The notes: generated by a model not told the origin, from the letters alone. 64,000 nt of DNA from Nitrospirota bacterium (GCA_963796285.1 CAWCKW010000006.1:32001-96000), one strand, 5' to 3'; counted from the stretch's first letter, positions 10,964 to 22,833 are shown. A program made the numbers and translations.

Positions 10964-11222
10964 TCGGCATCTGAAAGAACGCACCAAGGCAGGAACATGC
11001 GAGAACGAGGCCGTCATGTGCGCTGCCGGGCCGAACACTGGTCCCGGTAATGAAAGTGAGGCGTTGCAAGTGACCGATCATGCGGACGGCGGACAGAATA
11101 TCAAGTTGCTGACTGGCCACCAAAACGGTCTTACTAGTTGTATGGGACGGTCGCAGAAAAATCGAATGTGACGAACTGATCGGGAAGTGGATTAGAAGGC
11201 GCAAGCTTGTCTGAGAAACAAC

Positions 11223-11256
11223 AAAGGGGTTCGACGATGAGCGACGAACCCCTTTT
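11223..11256. terminator. Bidirectional intrinsic terminator
   Basis: AAAGGGGTTCG...CGAACCCCTTTT between convergent genes. Confidence 0.65.
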
Positions 11257-11285
11257 CATTGAATTCATGGCAGATTACTGATTCA

Positions 11286-11653
11286 TTACCCCGCCTGCAG
11301 CTTTTCTTCTTCTTCCTGGCGGGTCTTGCATTCAATGCAAAGCGTGGTTACCGGCCTGGCCTCTAGCCGTTTTAGGCTAATCTGTTCACCGCATGACTCA
11401 CAGACACCATATTCACCGCTATCGATCCGTGCTATGGCTTCCTCAATCTTTTTAAGCAGCTTTTGCTCTCTTCCTCGTAGACGGAGAACGAAGTTGTTGT
11501 CAAGCTCAGCCACAGCCTGGTCGGTGGGATCGGGAAAGCTTTCCTTTTCCGAGCTGATCTTGCTTGTCAGTGTGTGTTCCGCCTCGGTGAGAAGGTCTGC
11601 CTCTGTTTTACAAGCTTTTTTTTGATAATCAGAAGTTTCGAATCCGCAACCAT
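11286..11653 (-). CDS. dksA: RNA polymerase-binding protein DksA (frameshift near 11595)
   Basis: PDPTDQA coiled-coil tip, YGVCESCGEQISLKRLEARP..LCIECK zinc finger; RBS before ATG 11653. Confidence 0.9.
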
Positions 11654-11796
11654 ATCCACGACCTCTCCATACAGTATAAAAGGGCTGGTATCGCCGATGT
11701 GGCGATGCAGCCCTTTGAAAATTAATAGCGTACTATATCAAAAAACTGCGCATGAGTCAATTGTTAAATATCAATGGAGAGTACTCTATTCGCCAA

Positions 11797-11825
11797 TTGA
11801 CAAACCTGGACAATATCGATACTAT
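11797..11825 (+). promoter_or_regulatory. sigma70 promoter (likely leaderless transcript)
   Basis: TTGACA-17 nt-TACTAT, 5 nt before ATG 11831. Confidence 0.6.
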
Positions 11826-11830
11826 AACTT

Positions 11831-13061
11831 ATGTCGAGTGAGAAGCAGAAACTCAATACGGTCATGCGATTGGGTGTGGAGCTCACCGAGGTAAAGGACG
11901 TCGATGTGCTCCTGGAGCGGATCCTTCTCGAGGCCCGGCAGCTTACGAACGCCGATGCGGGTTCGATCTATATAAAAGAAATCGACAAACTGAAGTTCAG
12001 CTATACCCAGAACGATACGCAGCAGAAAAAACTTTCGCCGGGCAAGAAGCTGATCTATGAACATTCTCCATCCCCATCAACAACCAGACGATCTCGGGCT
12101 ATGTTGCTAACACGGGTGAAGCTGTCAACATTCCCGATGCTTACCGGCTCGCGTCCGGACTTCCCTATTCGTTCAGCAGGGCATACGACGACCTCTCGGG
12201 ATACCGAACGCAGTCCATGCTGACGTTCCCGCTCAGGACCAACCGGGGCGCTACCATCGGCGTGCTCCAACTGATAAACGCGAAGAATGCGAGGGGCAAG
12301 GTCGTTCCGTTCTCGAAAAAGGACGAGCCCCTGATCCTTCATTTCGCCAACATGGCTGCTGTGGCCATCAAACGTGCCCAAATGACCCGTGCCATGATCC
12401 TCCGGACCATTCGGATGGCAGAGCTGCGCGACCCCAAGGAGACGGGCGCCCATGTGAACCGGGTGGCGTCCTATGCTGTTGCGATCTATGAAGTGTGGGC
12501 GGAAAAGCAGGCTGTTCCCAATGACGTGATCGACAAGAACCGCGACATTCTCCGCATGGCGGCCATGCTCCATGATGTGGGCAAGGTGGCGATCGCCGAC
12601 TCGATCCTAAAAAAACCGGGTCGGCTCGATGACGCGGAGCGTGAGGTCATGAAACAGCACACCATTCTGGGCGCGAGGCTTTTTTCCGACCGCTATTCAG
12701 AGTTTGATGAAGCGGCCGCGATAGTTGCGCTCAATCACCATGAGAAATGGGACGGGACGGGCTATCCAGGTTTTGTCAACGTACATGATGGCCACGCGCT
12801 TCCTGGCTACGAGAATAGCGATGGAACAGCGCGGCCCAAGAAGGGGGAGGAGATCCCGGTGTTCGGAAGGCTCGTCGCCCTTGCTGACGTATATGACGCG
12901 CTCGGATCACGCAGGGCATACAAAGAGCGGTGGGACGAGGCCAAGTCCTTGAGGAATTGAGGGCCTGTTCCGGCACGTTCTTCGATCCGGAGATCGTCGA
13001 GACGTTCTTCTCTTGCATTGAGACCATCCGCAGCATCAGCGCGAGGTATCCTGACCATTAG
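11831..13061 (+). CDS. GAF + HD-GYP cyclic-di-GMP phosphodiesterase (frameshifted)
   Basis: ADAGSIY and GVLQLIN (GAF); ETGAHVNRV, LHDVGK, HHEKWDGTGYP, ADVYDAL. Confidence 0.88.
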
Positions 13062-13351
13062 TGAAGAAACAATTATTATATGTCAAAGTGCCAGGAACAA
13101 GAAACAACAGGAACGGTCTTAGCCTGGATGACCAAATTACTGGAAGTGAAACGGGTTTTATCTGATGTTACCGGTTTTATCCATAATCCGCATAAAAGTA
13201 TTCGGTTCTGGCTTAGGGTCGGTTCTTGAAGACTGAGGATATCTACGGGCTGACGGAAGGAGCCGTATTTGCAAGCCGATCATAATCCTGAACCTGCCGG
13301 CGAACAACCGGAGTGCTTCCAGCTCATCTGTCTGGTTCATCAACTCCTTGT

Positions 13352-14029
13352 ATGAAAAAACGCAAACCATCTGAACAACCACAAGCAGATTTCAAAAACA
13401 CTCCTTTTAAGTCCCTGAAAGGCCTTGCGCCCTCAACGCCCTTACCCTCAAACAAAACCACACCTCCTCAGGCGCGCAAAAAGATCGACACCAGCGATGA
13501 AGACGATGCCTCGCTCTTTCTACGCGCAGCCGAGGGCGCGAAGAGATTCGGCCGTGTTCCTGATTCGCCTGCTGTCACAGCCGGGCAAGACCCGGAAAAA
13601 CCCGTGGTACGCGCACCTGAAGAAAGCCAGCTTTTTCTCGCAGCCATGAAGAAGATCGGGACGGCCTTCCACGAGACATTGCCAGAGCAAGAACCGGAAG
13701 AGGCCGGTCAACGATCACCGACAAGCAGAATGCGGCAGCTGAAACGCGGCACCGTCCGGATCAGCCAGGAGCTTGATCTTCATGGTTATCTCAAAGATGA
13801 GGCTCTTGTGCGGCTTGAACAGTTTATTGCTGATGCACGCAGCCGAGGGCAGCAGGCGGTGCTCGTGATCACGGGCAAGGGCATCAACTCTCCCGAGGGG
13901 CCGGTATTGCAAGGGGCCGTGGCAGCGTGGCTGAGGAACAAAGGGAAGGGGCTTATTGCTGAGTTTTCATCAGCGCCTCGCGAACTGGGTGGGAGCGGCG
14001 CCTTTGTGGTGTTCTTGAAGAAGAAATGA
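13352..14029 (+). CDS. Smr/MutS2 C-terminal domain protein
   Basis: LDLHG, VITGKG, GGSGAFVV. Confidence 0.88.
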   Translation: MKKRKPSEQPQADFKNTPFKSLKGLAPSTPLPSNKTTPPQARKKIDTSDEDDASLFLRAAEGAKRFGRVPDSPAVTAGQDPEKPVVRAPEESQLFLAAMKKIGTAFHETLPEQEPEEAGQRSPTSRMRQLKRGTVRISQELDLHGYLKDEALVRLEQFIADARSRGQQAVLVITGKGINSPEGPVLQGAVAAWLRNKGKGLIAEFSSAPRELGGSGAFVVFLKKK

Positions 14030-14222
14030 TCTTTATTCGAACCAAATGAACGGAATTTTATTCCTACGTTATCACTCGCCACAGGACATGTTCGTCTTTC
14101 CCGGTAATGCGGCACCATTAAAAAATCTCTTTGGGTTTTCGTGTCTATTCCTGGCCAACAGCTGTTTATTAGTATAAAACTAGGCTTCGCGCTAACCGAC
14201 AAGGAAACTCGGGTTTTTACCC

Positions 14223-14251
14223 TTGACAGCTACCCGGGTTTTGGATATAGT
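14223..14251 (+). promoter_or_regulatory. sigma70 promoter of the tRNA-Gln/tRNA-Glu operon
   Basis: TTGACA-17 nt-TATAGT. Confidence 0.7.
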
Positions 14252-14269
14252 GCTCAAGCTGTGACCGAC

Positions 14270-14343
14270 TGGGGGATCGTCCAGTGGTAGGACGACAGGC
14301 TCTGAACCTGTTTACGGGGGTTCGAATCCTCCTCCCCCAACCA
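14270..14343 (+). tRNA. tRNA-Gln(CTG)
   Basis: Anticodon arm ACAGG-CTCTGAA-CCTGT; GGTTCGAATCC T-arm; 3' CCA. Confidence 0.95.
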
Positions 14344-14453
14344 GATAACAACTGATTTTAAAATGAAGATTGAAAATTTCAAATTTTAAAATCGTGGCAA
14401 ATTAATCGATCATTCTGCACTTTACAATTTTCAATCTTGCGCCTCACCAAGCA

Positions 14454-14529
14454 GGTCCCATCGTCTAGCGGCCTAGGACGCTGGCCTCTCACGCCGGAGA
14501 CACGGGTTCGATTCCCGTTGGGACCACCA
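14454..14529 (+). tRNA. tRNA-Glu(CTC)
   Basis: GGTCCCA/TGGGACC acceptor stem; anticodon loop CTCTCAC; GGTTCGATTCC; 3' CCA. Confidence 0.95.
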
Positions 14530-14599
14530 TTCTACCCGTTTCATACAATTCAGCGAAGTGCATAAGCCCCGTGATAAAGGGGCTTTTTCTTTGTCCATT

Positions 14600-14869
14600 T
14601 TGCGGTCCTCTGCCCGCCCGATAAGCAACAACGCCATTCTTGCCGTTTTGCGCCGCATGGGGTACAGCAAGGACGAGATGACCGACCACGGCTTCCGGGC
14701 AATGGCGCGGACAATCTCTGACGAAGTTCTCCAGGTTCGGCCGAAATTCATCGAACATCATTTGGCGCATGCTGTTCGAGATCCGAACGGTAGGGCGTAT
14801 AACCGGACAGCTCACGTGGATGAGCGGAAGAAAATGATGCAGCAGTGGAGTGATCATCTGACGGTTTGA
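14600..14869 (+). pseudogene. C-terminal remnant of a P4-like tyrosine integrase
   Basis: ISNNAILAVLRRMGY..EMTDHGFRAMART...IEHHLAH...RAYNR...RKKMMQQWSD (H-x-x-R, H and Y motifs); no N-terminal part. Confidence 0.85.
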
Positions 14870-15370
14870 AGGCAGGGGGAAGATATCGCCTTTCGCAAAG
14901 AAGGCGAGGTGAAAAGTAGCACGCAGCGGTCATATATCAGATAATAATACGGGGCCCCGGGGCAACCTGGGGTCTTTTTTATGCTTTCGCTGTTGCATGC
15001 CTCACATATATACCATCTCTTTTCTGGACAATTTCAGAATACGGCAGGCTCCATACACAGCTCAATGGAACTAACGTATACAAGCGTCTTGTTCAGCTCT
15101 TCAGCCAGGCTGATGATCGGTACAACTCCGGCCTGTTCCATTTTCAGAAAGAAAAAGAGCTGCATCGCCCGACATTGTATTGTCAAGCGGGCTGACAATG
15201 ATGTCTCCCTCATTAAACTATGGCTCCATGAGCAATGCGGGAACGAGGAACTGCTCGTCGGGAACGACTTGTTCCGCTCGCTCAAAACAATCAATAAGGA
15301 CGTCATCACCCTCTATATCAGGCTACAATCACAGTAATTTTGCCAGCATCAATAAACTGCAATGAACGTC

Positions 15371-17315
15371 TCATGTTGTCTGCGTCCTTGTATAGTTCAG
15401 CATCCCGCCTGCCAGAAGAATGTCGCGCTGCCGCATGCTCAATGCGAATTTCAGCTGAACAGTCTTGCCGTTCGTCGTGTCTTTGAGCATCAGGTCTGTG
15501 CCCTCTCTCGAGCGCAGCCTTGATCTTGCCGATCTCGATCGTATCATTGGCTCCGATCGCATCATAATCCGCTTCGTTCGCGAAGGTGAGCGGCAGAATG
15601 CCGAAGTTGATGAGGTTCGCAGCATGGATGCGCTCGAACGATTTCGCGATCACCGCCTTGACACCCAGGTACATGGGACAGATGGCCGCATGCTCGCGGC
15701 TCGAACCCTGACCGTAGCTCGCACCGGCGATCACAATATTGTGCTTCCCGGCCTTTTTGTTCTCGAGCGCCTTTTTCGGGAATGTCGCATCCACACCCTC
15801 GAACACGAACTCTGCGTATTTCGGAATGTTCGAGCGGTACTTCAGTCTCGATCCAGCGGGCATGATGTGGTCCGTGGTGATCTTGTCGCCGACCTTGATC
15901 GCCACCACGCCCTGGATGATATCAGGAAGCGGTTCTGCTGCAGGCGGATCGCCGATGTTCGGGCCCCGGTAGACGGTCACCGACAGCGGGTCTTTGGCCG
16001 GAGGCAGGATCATCGAGTCGTCGATCCAGAATTGCTCGGGCATGGCGATCTCGGGATAGGGGATGCCGAGATCACGGGGGTCCATGATCCCGCCGGTGAG
16101 CGCGGCTGCAACAGCGGACTCGGGACTGGCGAGATAGACCTTCGCGCTTTTGGTTCCGGAGCGGCCTTCAAAGTTCCTGTTGCTCGTACGGACCGAGACC
16201 GCATCGGTCTTCGGGGCCTGGCCGCTCCCGATGCAGAAACCGCAGGTCGATTCGAGGATCCTTGCTCCCGCGGAGACGATATCGGCCATGGCGCCGTTCT
16301 TCGCGATCATCTCGAGCACCTGGCGGGAGCCGGGCGCTACGCCGAAGCTTACATCCGGGAAAGACCCTTCTTCCTTTCAACATCGAGGCCACGATCATCA
16401 GGTCACGATATGATGAGTTGGTGCAGGAGCCGACCATGACCTGGTCTACTTTCGTTCCCGCCAGTTCCTTCACCGTGCCGATATTGTCCGGGGAGTGCGG
16501 CTTTGCCATCATCGGTTCGATCGATGCCAAGGTCGAGGTCGATCACTTTTTCGTATGTCGCGTCAGCATCAGCAGCGAGTGCGGTCCACTCGGATTCTCT
16601 TCTTTGCGCCCTGAGGAATGAACGCGTGATCTCATCGCTCGGAAAGACTGATGTGGTCACGCCGAGCTCCGCGCCCATGTTCGTGATGGTCGCGCGCTCG
16701 GGCACGGAAAGCGTTTTGATCCCGTCGCCGCCATATTCGATCACGGTGCCGACGTTCCCCTTGGTCGTGAGCATCTTGAGAATCGTGAGGATGACGTCCT
16801 TGGCCGACACCCAGGGCCGAAGCTTTCCGGTCAGGTTTATCTTCACCACCTTGGGACAGGTGAGGTAGAAGGGGCCGCCGCCCATGGCCACGGCCACGTC
16901 GAGTCCGCCCGCGCCGATGGCGATCATGCCGATGCCGCCGCCCGTGGGCGTATGGGAATCGGATCCGAGCAGCGTCCTGCCGGGCCTGCCGAAACGCTCA
17001 AGGTGCACCTGATGGCAGATGCCATTCCCTGCTTTTGAATAGTGGATCCCGTATTTTGATGCAACGGTCTGCAGATACCGGTGGTCATCGGCATTCTCGA
17101 ACCCGTCCTGGAGCGTGTTGTGGTCCACGTAGCTCACCGAGAGCTCGGTCTTGACCCGCGGCACGTCCATGGCCTCGAACTGCAGGTAGGTCATGGTGCC
17201 GGTCGCGTCCTGGGTCAGCGTCTGGTCGATCCTGATCGCGATCTCAGTCCCCGGCTTCAAGCTTTCCCGTGACCAGGTGGGCTCCCAATATCTTATAAAC
17301 GAGATTTTTACCCAT
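15371..17315 (-). CDS. acnA: Aconitate hydratase (short putative type), several frameshifts
   Basis: QDATGTM, GICHQVHLE, GSDSHT, GSCTNSS, CGFCIG, RTSNRNFEGRSG, TTDHI, GQGSSREHA, spread over ORFs 16403..17260, 16168..16530, 15318..16319 and 15371..15625. Confidence 0.9.
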
Positions 17316-17548
17316 AGTGTTACTCCTTCATCACATTGAATGCCCGCACATTATATTTCAAGAGCGTGGATAAGGCAACGGGAATTTGACGGCGGCTTAT
17401 TAACCACTGATAAAACGGTACCGTGTAATACTTTCTTTTCATGATGACATCGACATGTTTTGCAAACCTTATTTTTCTGTGCTATAGTTAGCATATTCAC
17501 AAGCACCCGAAACGGCAATCTACCTACAATTCTCAAAGGAGGCGCATC

Positions 17549-17975
17549 ATGGTACAGAAAGCGAGTCCCAAACTCACGGAAATGATGAACCAGGCAATAG
17601 CAGGAGAGCTCCAGGCCATCGTCCAGTATATGTGGCACCACATCATGGTAAAGGGTATGAATTCAGCGTCCCTGATGGAGGTGTTCGAGGATATTGCAAT
17701 GGACGAAATGAAGCATGCCGAGAAAATCGCGGAACGACTATTCTATTTTGACGTGAACCCCACCATCAAGCCGAATCCCATCGCCGTCGGCGGCACGCCG
17801 GAGCAGATGCTGAAGGCTGATGTGAAGGCCGAGGAAGAGGCCATCACGCTTTATAAGGACATTATCAAGCAGGCCACTTCCGAAGGCGGATGAAACCACG
17901 CGGCTCCTCTTCGAAGAAATCCTCTCGCAGGAAGAGGACCACCACGATACGTTTACCACGCTCCTGGGACGGTAA
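17549..17975 (+). CDS. Bacterioferritin/ferritin-like protein (frameshift near 17890)
   Basis: ELQAIVQY, DEMKHAE, EEEAITLY, then EEDHH in the shifted frame; promoter TTGCAA-17-TATAGT at 17460..17488. Confidence 0.85.
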
Positions 17976-17980
17976 TAGAC

Positions 17981-18011
17981 AGCAAGGGCAGGCCAAAGGC
18001 CTGCCCTTGCT
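17981..18011. terminator. GC-rich hairpin, probable terminator
   Basis: AGCAAGGGCAGGCC-AAA-GGCCTGCCCTTGCT perfect 14-bp stem. Confidence 0.6.
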
Positions 18012-18111
18012 CACTCGTTAAATCTCAAATTTCAACTCCCAAATAAATCCCAGAAATAAAAAGGGCCAAACGCCAAACGTTTCAGTCATTTGAATTTGGT
18101 GTTTGTCGCAA

Positions 18112-18574
18112 TCACGGCATCTTGAACTCCTTGCCCGCGATCCGCACCGTAAGCACGGGGCAGGCCGCTTTGCGTACGACCTTCTCCGCCGTGCTGCCGA
18201 AGAGCATATGGTCGATACCTGTCCTGCCGTGGGTACCGATGACGATCAAGTCGGCGTTCCTCTCCTTCGCTGTCTGGATGATCTCGACGAACGGCACGCC
18301 GCGTACAACCATCTTCTCCACATCTTTCACCTGTTTGGAGACCTCTGCAGATCCATTTGTCCATTTCCTGCCAAGCGCTTTTTTGCATATCCTCGACCAG
18401 TTCGCCCGCGGAGATCGACGATGGGATGTACCACTCGGCAATGCTGATGTCCTGGATCACATACAGCAGGATGAGCTTTGCCTGGTAATCCTTTGCCAGC
18501 GAGATGGCGTGGTCCATGGCCGCGCGAGCGCCGTTCGAAAAATCGGTCGGAAATAGAATGGTCTTGATCTGCAT
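18112..18574 (-). CDS. Universal stress protein (frameshift near 18350)
   Basis: ILFPTDFS; DLIVIGTHGRTG..FGSTAEKVVRKAACPVL. Confidence 0.9.
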
Positions 18575-18889
18575 AGGACCTCCTCGGGTTGGATTGTATA
18601 GTAAGTTTAGCTCCACTCCGGGACACTGTCAAACGAAAAGACAAGGGACTGACGAGCCCCTCATCGTAAAGATCAAGCGTCCGCATGGGATGGCGATCAC
18701 CGTGAGAAGACGGTAACTATTCACTTGACCGGAAAGGAGCGCTCACTTACAATAGCAGGAGCAAATGCAGTGTCCAGGTTGCAGCTCAATTATTGTGACC
18801 ACGACCCCTGCGTTAATCGGTTCTGAGGATCCTGCGATTCCGGCGTACTCGTTTCCGAACAACGGAGATCTGAACACGGAGAGTCAATA

Positions 18890-21760
18890 ATGACCTTGTT
18901 CCATCTCATCAGCTATTCGCTTTTTTTAATCGCTGCCCTGGAAATTATCCTGGGGACCATACTTCTCAGGAATAATCGACGAAAGAGCTCTGTCCAAAAG
19001 GCCGTAGCGGCACTCTCTCTCTTCTCAGCCGCGTTTTCCCTCACCTCGGCGATCATGTATTTACGTGCCTCGCTGGCCTTGCCGATCGACCTTGTTGCCC
19101 GCTTCAACTGGATCGGCTGGTTCACGATCCCTGCCGGGCTCCAGATCATTTATTATCTTAAGGACGAGCGAAGTCGTGTCGGCTATATCATTGGCCTCCT
19201 CCTTTATCCCCTCTGGCTCATCATTCTCGGTCTGTGCCTCTTTACCGATCTGATCGTAACACCCGGCTATTCCGTGATCCCCTTCATCAATCATCCCGGA
19301 CCGCTTGAATATCCGGCACGGCTGTTCGGTTCGCTTCTGGCCTTCTGGTTGCTTGGCACTATTCTCCGGTTCAAAAAAGAGCTGCAGGGGATCAAGAGGG
19401 CCCAGCTCAACTACTTTTTCCACGGTGTGCTGATCTTCGGAGGCGGCGCGTCAACTACCGCAGGCATCTTGCAGCTGTTCGGGGGATTCGGATTTGAACC
19501 CGGGCTTGCAGCTTTTTTCAGCCTGCCCTGGGTGGTCCTTACCTATTACGCGATCACCCGGCACCGGCTCTTCGATATACGGTACCTTCTCTCTCGCGTG
19601 CTTTCCACTGCCCTGGTGCTGTGCCTGTTCTTCGTCGTTCAGATCAGTGTATTCAATCTCCTCGCGCCGGCGATCGGTGAATCATTTGCAATCCTGATCT
19701 CTCTCATCGTCATCGGCATCGTTTTCTTCACGACCCGGCTCAATTCAAAGATGCAACGCTGGATCCAGCGGCTGGTCCTGCAGGACAGGTATAATTATCA
19801 GGGTGTTCTGAGGGAATCGATAAAAGCGATGATCTCGATACTCGACCTGGATGAGCTGCTGGACTATATCCTTGCCAGCATGAAAAAAGGTCTGGGGGCG
19901 GAAAGCGCCTGTTTTTCACTGCAGGAAAAGAGCGGGTGGGTTTCTCTTCGGAAAGGGCAGGGCACTCGCAGCGGCATGGCAAACAGCCGCCCGCTGAGTG
20001 ATGAAGTCGTCGACTGGCTGCGCCAGACCGGCCATGTTATCGTGCGGCAGGAACTTGAGCAAACATTCTCTGATGAAAAAAGCATTATGGTCCACGAATA
20101 CCTGGAGAAGATGGGGGCAGAACTCGTCATCCCTCTGCTGTATAAGGGGGACATCAAGGGTTGGATCGTGCTGGGGCAGAAGAGCAATGAGCAGCCCTAT
20201 CTGCAGAGCGACATAAACCTGCTGGAGGTGATCGCTGGTCATGCTGCAATCGCCATCGAGAACGCCCAACTCTATGAAGAGGCCAGGCAGGCAAAAGAAT
20301 TCACGAGGGAGAGCGAGGCTAAGTTCCGCACCCTGGCAGAAACCGCTGCGATTGCAATATTTATGCACCAGGGTGGCAATTTTCTTTACGCAAACCGCGC
20401 GGCTGAAGTCATTGGCGGATATGCTGTTGATGAATACCTGACCATGAATTTTATGAGTCTCGTGCATCCTGATTACATCGACCTGGTAAAAATGCGCGCG
20501 CGCGAACGCATGGACGGCGGAACCGAAGTACCAGCGCAGTATGAGTTCAAGATCATAAAGAAAAGCGGCGAAGAACGCTGGGTCCTGATGACCGCAGGCA
20601 TCACCGTGTTCGAGGGGAAGACGACGGTCATGGGGACGTTGATCGATATTACAGCACGCAAGCAGGCCGAGGAAGAACGGGAGAAGCTTTACCTGCAGCT
20701 GCAGGGGGCTTTGCTTTCCCTGAAAGAAAGCGAGGCCAGGTTCAGGACACTGGCGGAAACAACGACTGCAGGAATATTCATCCATCGGGGTGGAAGATTT
20801 ATTTATGCGAACCCCGCCATTAAGACGATCACCGGTTATGAGAGCGATGAATTTCTTGCCCTTGACTTCTGGACGATCGTTCATCCTGAGTATCGTGAGG
20901 TGGTGCGGGAGCGGGGCTTGGCCCGCCAGCGCGGGGCGCAGCTGCCGCAGGAATATGAGATCAAGATCATCATCAAGAACGGCGAGGAACGATGGGGTAA
21001 TCTGTCCGTCGGGATCATTGATTATGAAGGAGAGCCGGCGGTCATCGTGACCTTTTTCGATATCACGGACCGCAAGCGAGCGGAAGAGGAAACGATGAGG
21101 CTGTTCGAGCAGCGAATCGCTGAAGAAAAGCAGCACCTCATGGAAAAAGAAAAGATCCTGATGGACCTCCACGACGGCATCGGGGGCATAACGACGAATA
21201 TCAGCATCCTCTCTGAGCTGGCGCAGAAAGCGACAGACATTGACAACATCAAGAAAACGCTCTCTACCATCTCACGGCTGTCGCGCGAAGGGGTCTCCGA
21301 GATACGGAGCTTCATGCACGGCCTCGATTCCCAGGAGCTGAACTGGCGCTCACTGGCCGCGGAGCTCAGAAGCCAGGGCACCAATATGGTCGAGCTGCAC
21401 CGGATAGCCTTTGCGCTCGAAGCTTCCGTGGAAGACATTCAGGAACAGCCCGGCAGCCTCCTTTGGGTGAACCTCTTCAAGATCTACAAGGAAGCGCTGA
21501 CCAACATTATCAAACACTCAAAGGCCGACTCCATCATCGTTTCACTGAAGATAACCAAAGAGGGGATTCTGCTGGATATCCTTGATGACGGGGTCGGCTG
21601 GGAGGAAAGGCGGGGCAACGGCCGGGGCTTATCGAACATGAATAAACGCGCCGAAGAGCTGGGGGGGAGGATAACCCTGTCCTCCGGGGGGAGAGGTGCC
21701 CGGGTGACCTTGGAAATTCCCCTACCCTTAAAATACCCCATATCGGGTATGGCAATTTAG
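18890..21760 (+). CDS. Membrane sensor histidine kinase (multi-TM, GAF, 2 PAS, HisKA_3, HATPase)
   Basis: Hydrophobic N-terminus; GAF ending AIAIENA; two PAS ending DIT.RK; DLHDGIG, EALTNIIKH, DDGVG, GRGL. Confidence 0.9.
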   Translation: MTLFHLISYSLFLIAALEIILGTILLRNNRRKSSVQKAVAALSLFSAAFSLTSAIMYLRASLALPIDLVARFNWIGWFTIPAGLQIIYYLKDERSRVGYIIGLLLYPLWLIILGLCLFTDLIVTPGYSVIPFINHPGPLEYPARLFGSLLAFWLLGTILRFKKELQGIKRAQLNYFFHGVLIFGGGASTTAGILQLFGGFGFEPGLAAFFSLPWVVLTYYAITRHRLFDIRYLLSRVLSTALVLCLFFVVQISVFNLLAPAIGESFAILISLIVIGIVFFTTRLNSKMQRWIQRLVLQDRYNYQGVLRESIKAMISILDLDELLDYILASMKKGLGAESACFSLQEKSGWVSLRKGQGTRSGMANSRPLSDEVVDWLRQTGHVIVRQELEQTFSDEKSIMVHEYLEKMGAELVIPLLYKGDIKGWIVLGQKSNEQPYLQSDINLLEVIAGHAAIAIENAQLYEEARQAKEFTRESEAKFRTLAETAAIAIFMHQGGNFLYANRAAEVIGGYAVDEYLTMNFMSLVHPDYIDLVKMRARERMDGGTEVPAQYEFKIIKKSGEERWVLMTAGITVFEGKTTVMGTLIDITARKQAEEEREKLYLQLQGALLSLKESEARFRTLAETTTAGIFIHRGGRFIYANPAIKTITGYESDEFLALDFWTIVHPEYREVVRERGLARQRGAQLPQEYEIKIIIKNGEERWGNLSVGIIDYEGEPAVIVTFFDITDRKRAEEETMRLFEQRIAEEKQHLMEKEKILMDLHDGIGGITTNISILSELAQKATDIDNIKKTLSTISRLSREGVSEIRSFMHGLDSQELNWRSLAAELRSQGTNMVELHRIAFALEASVEDIQEQPGSLLWVNLFKIYKEALTNIIKHSKADSIIVSLKITKEGILLDILDDGVGWEERRGNGRGLSNMNKRAEELGGRITLSSGGRGARVTLEIPLPLKYPISGMAI

Positions 21761-21784
21761 GCTCTTCCATGGTAAGGTGCGGCC

Positions 21785-22408
21785 ATGCGACTTGTCATAG
21801 TTGAAGACGACCCACTGCTTCTTGAGAATCTCACCCTGCTCCTGAGCGGCGAGGGCGGAATAACGGTTACTGGCTCTTACCGCTCCGCTGAAGAGGCGTT
21901 AAAATTGTTCCGCAGCGCCAAACCCGAAGTGATGCTTACCGATATCGGATTGCCCGGCATGTCGGGGGTTGAGCTCATCAAAAAAGCCAAAGAAGCAATG
22001 CCCGGTCTCGAAATCATGGCCCACACCGTTTTTGAAGACCGGGAGAACGTGTTTTCTGCGATCAAAGCCGGCGCTTCAGGATATCTGCTCAAAGGCAGCA
22101 GCCCGCGGGACATCATAGAGTCCATCCATGCGCTCTACAAAGGCGGGGCGCCAATGAGCCCCAAAATTGCCCGCAAGATCATACATGAGCTTCAGGATGA
22201 TGTAGCAAGTGACGATTTTCTGTTAACCTCACGGGAAAAGGAGATCGTCAAGCTCGTCGAAGAAGGGCTCACCTATAAAGAGATCGGCGAGCAATTGAGT
22301 ATAAGCACCCACACCGTGCATACCCATATCAAGAACATCTACGAGAAGCTGCAGGCAAAAAATCGCCACGACGCCATCAAGATAGCGAGAAAAAAGGGCA
22401 TTATTTAG
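21785..22408 (+). CDS. NarL/LuxR-family response regulator
   Basis: IVEDD, TDIGLPG, GASGYLLK; HTH LTSREKE...HIKNIYEKL. Confidence 0.93.
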   Translation: MRLVIVEDDPLLLENLTLLLSGEGGITVTGSYRSAEEALKLFRSAKPEVMLTDIGLPGMSGVELIKKAKEAMPGLEIMAHTVFEDRENVFSAIKAGASGYLLKGSSPRDIIESIHALYKGGAPMSPKIARKIIHELQDDVASDDFLLTSREKEIVKLVEEGLTYKEIGEQLSISTHTVHTHIKNIYEKLQAKNRHDAIKIARKKGII

Positions 22409-22833
22409 CCAGGTCCCGCGATTGACCGTTGCACCCATTTAGCCTTTGTAGAACGGACGAATACCTTGCCGCAAAAAGAATCGCTGAAATCCTAACCTGC
22501 TCAATATTCTGTGCATTTCACTGTGTACTACCTTACCCGTCCCACGCCCTACGAATACCAGGGATGATGGCATTATGTGACCTATTCACAAAGATGGCTC
22601 CTCCTTATACTTTTACCCCCTTCCATGATGTAGAAAGGGGATTGTTATATTTGATTAGCGTGAGTCGCCCTCCCCTGAGCACTTATCGAAAGAAAAAGAT
22701 GCGGTGCGAGAATAGAATCTCAGAAGAGAAAAGAAACGATGAAACGTTTTAAAGAAGGCCTGGCGTGAAAAGGCCGGAAAAACTGGAAAAAAACCATTGA
22801 CAATTTTGCATCAGGCTGTTATAAATGTCGCCT

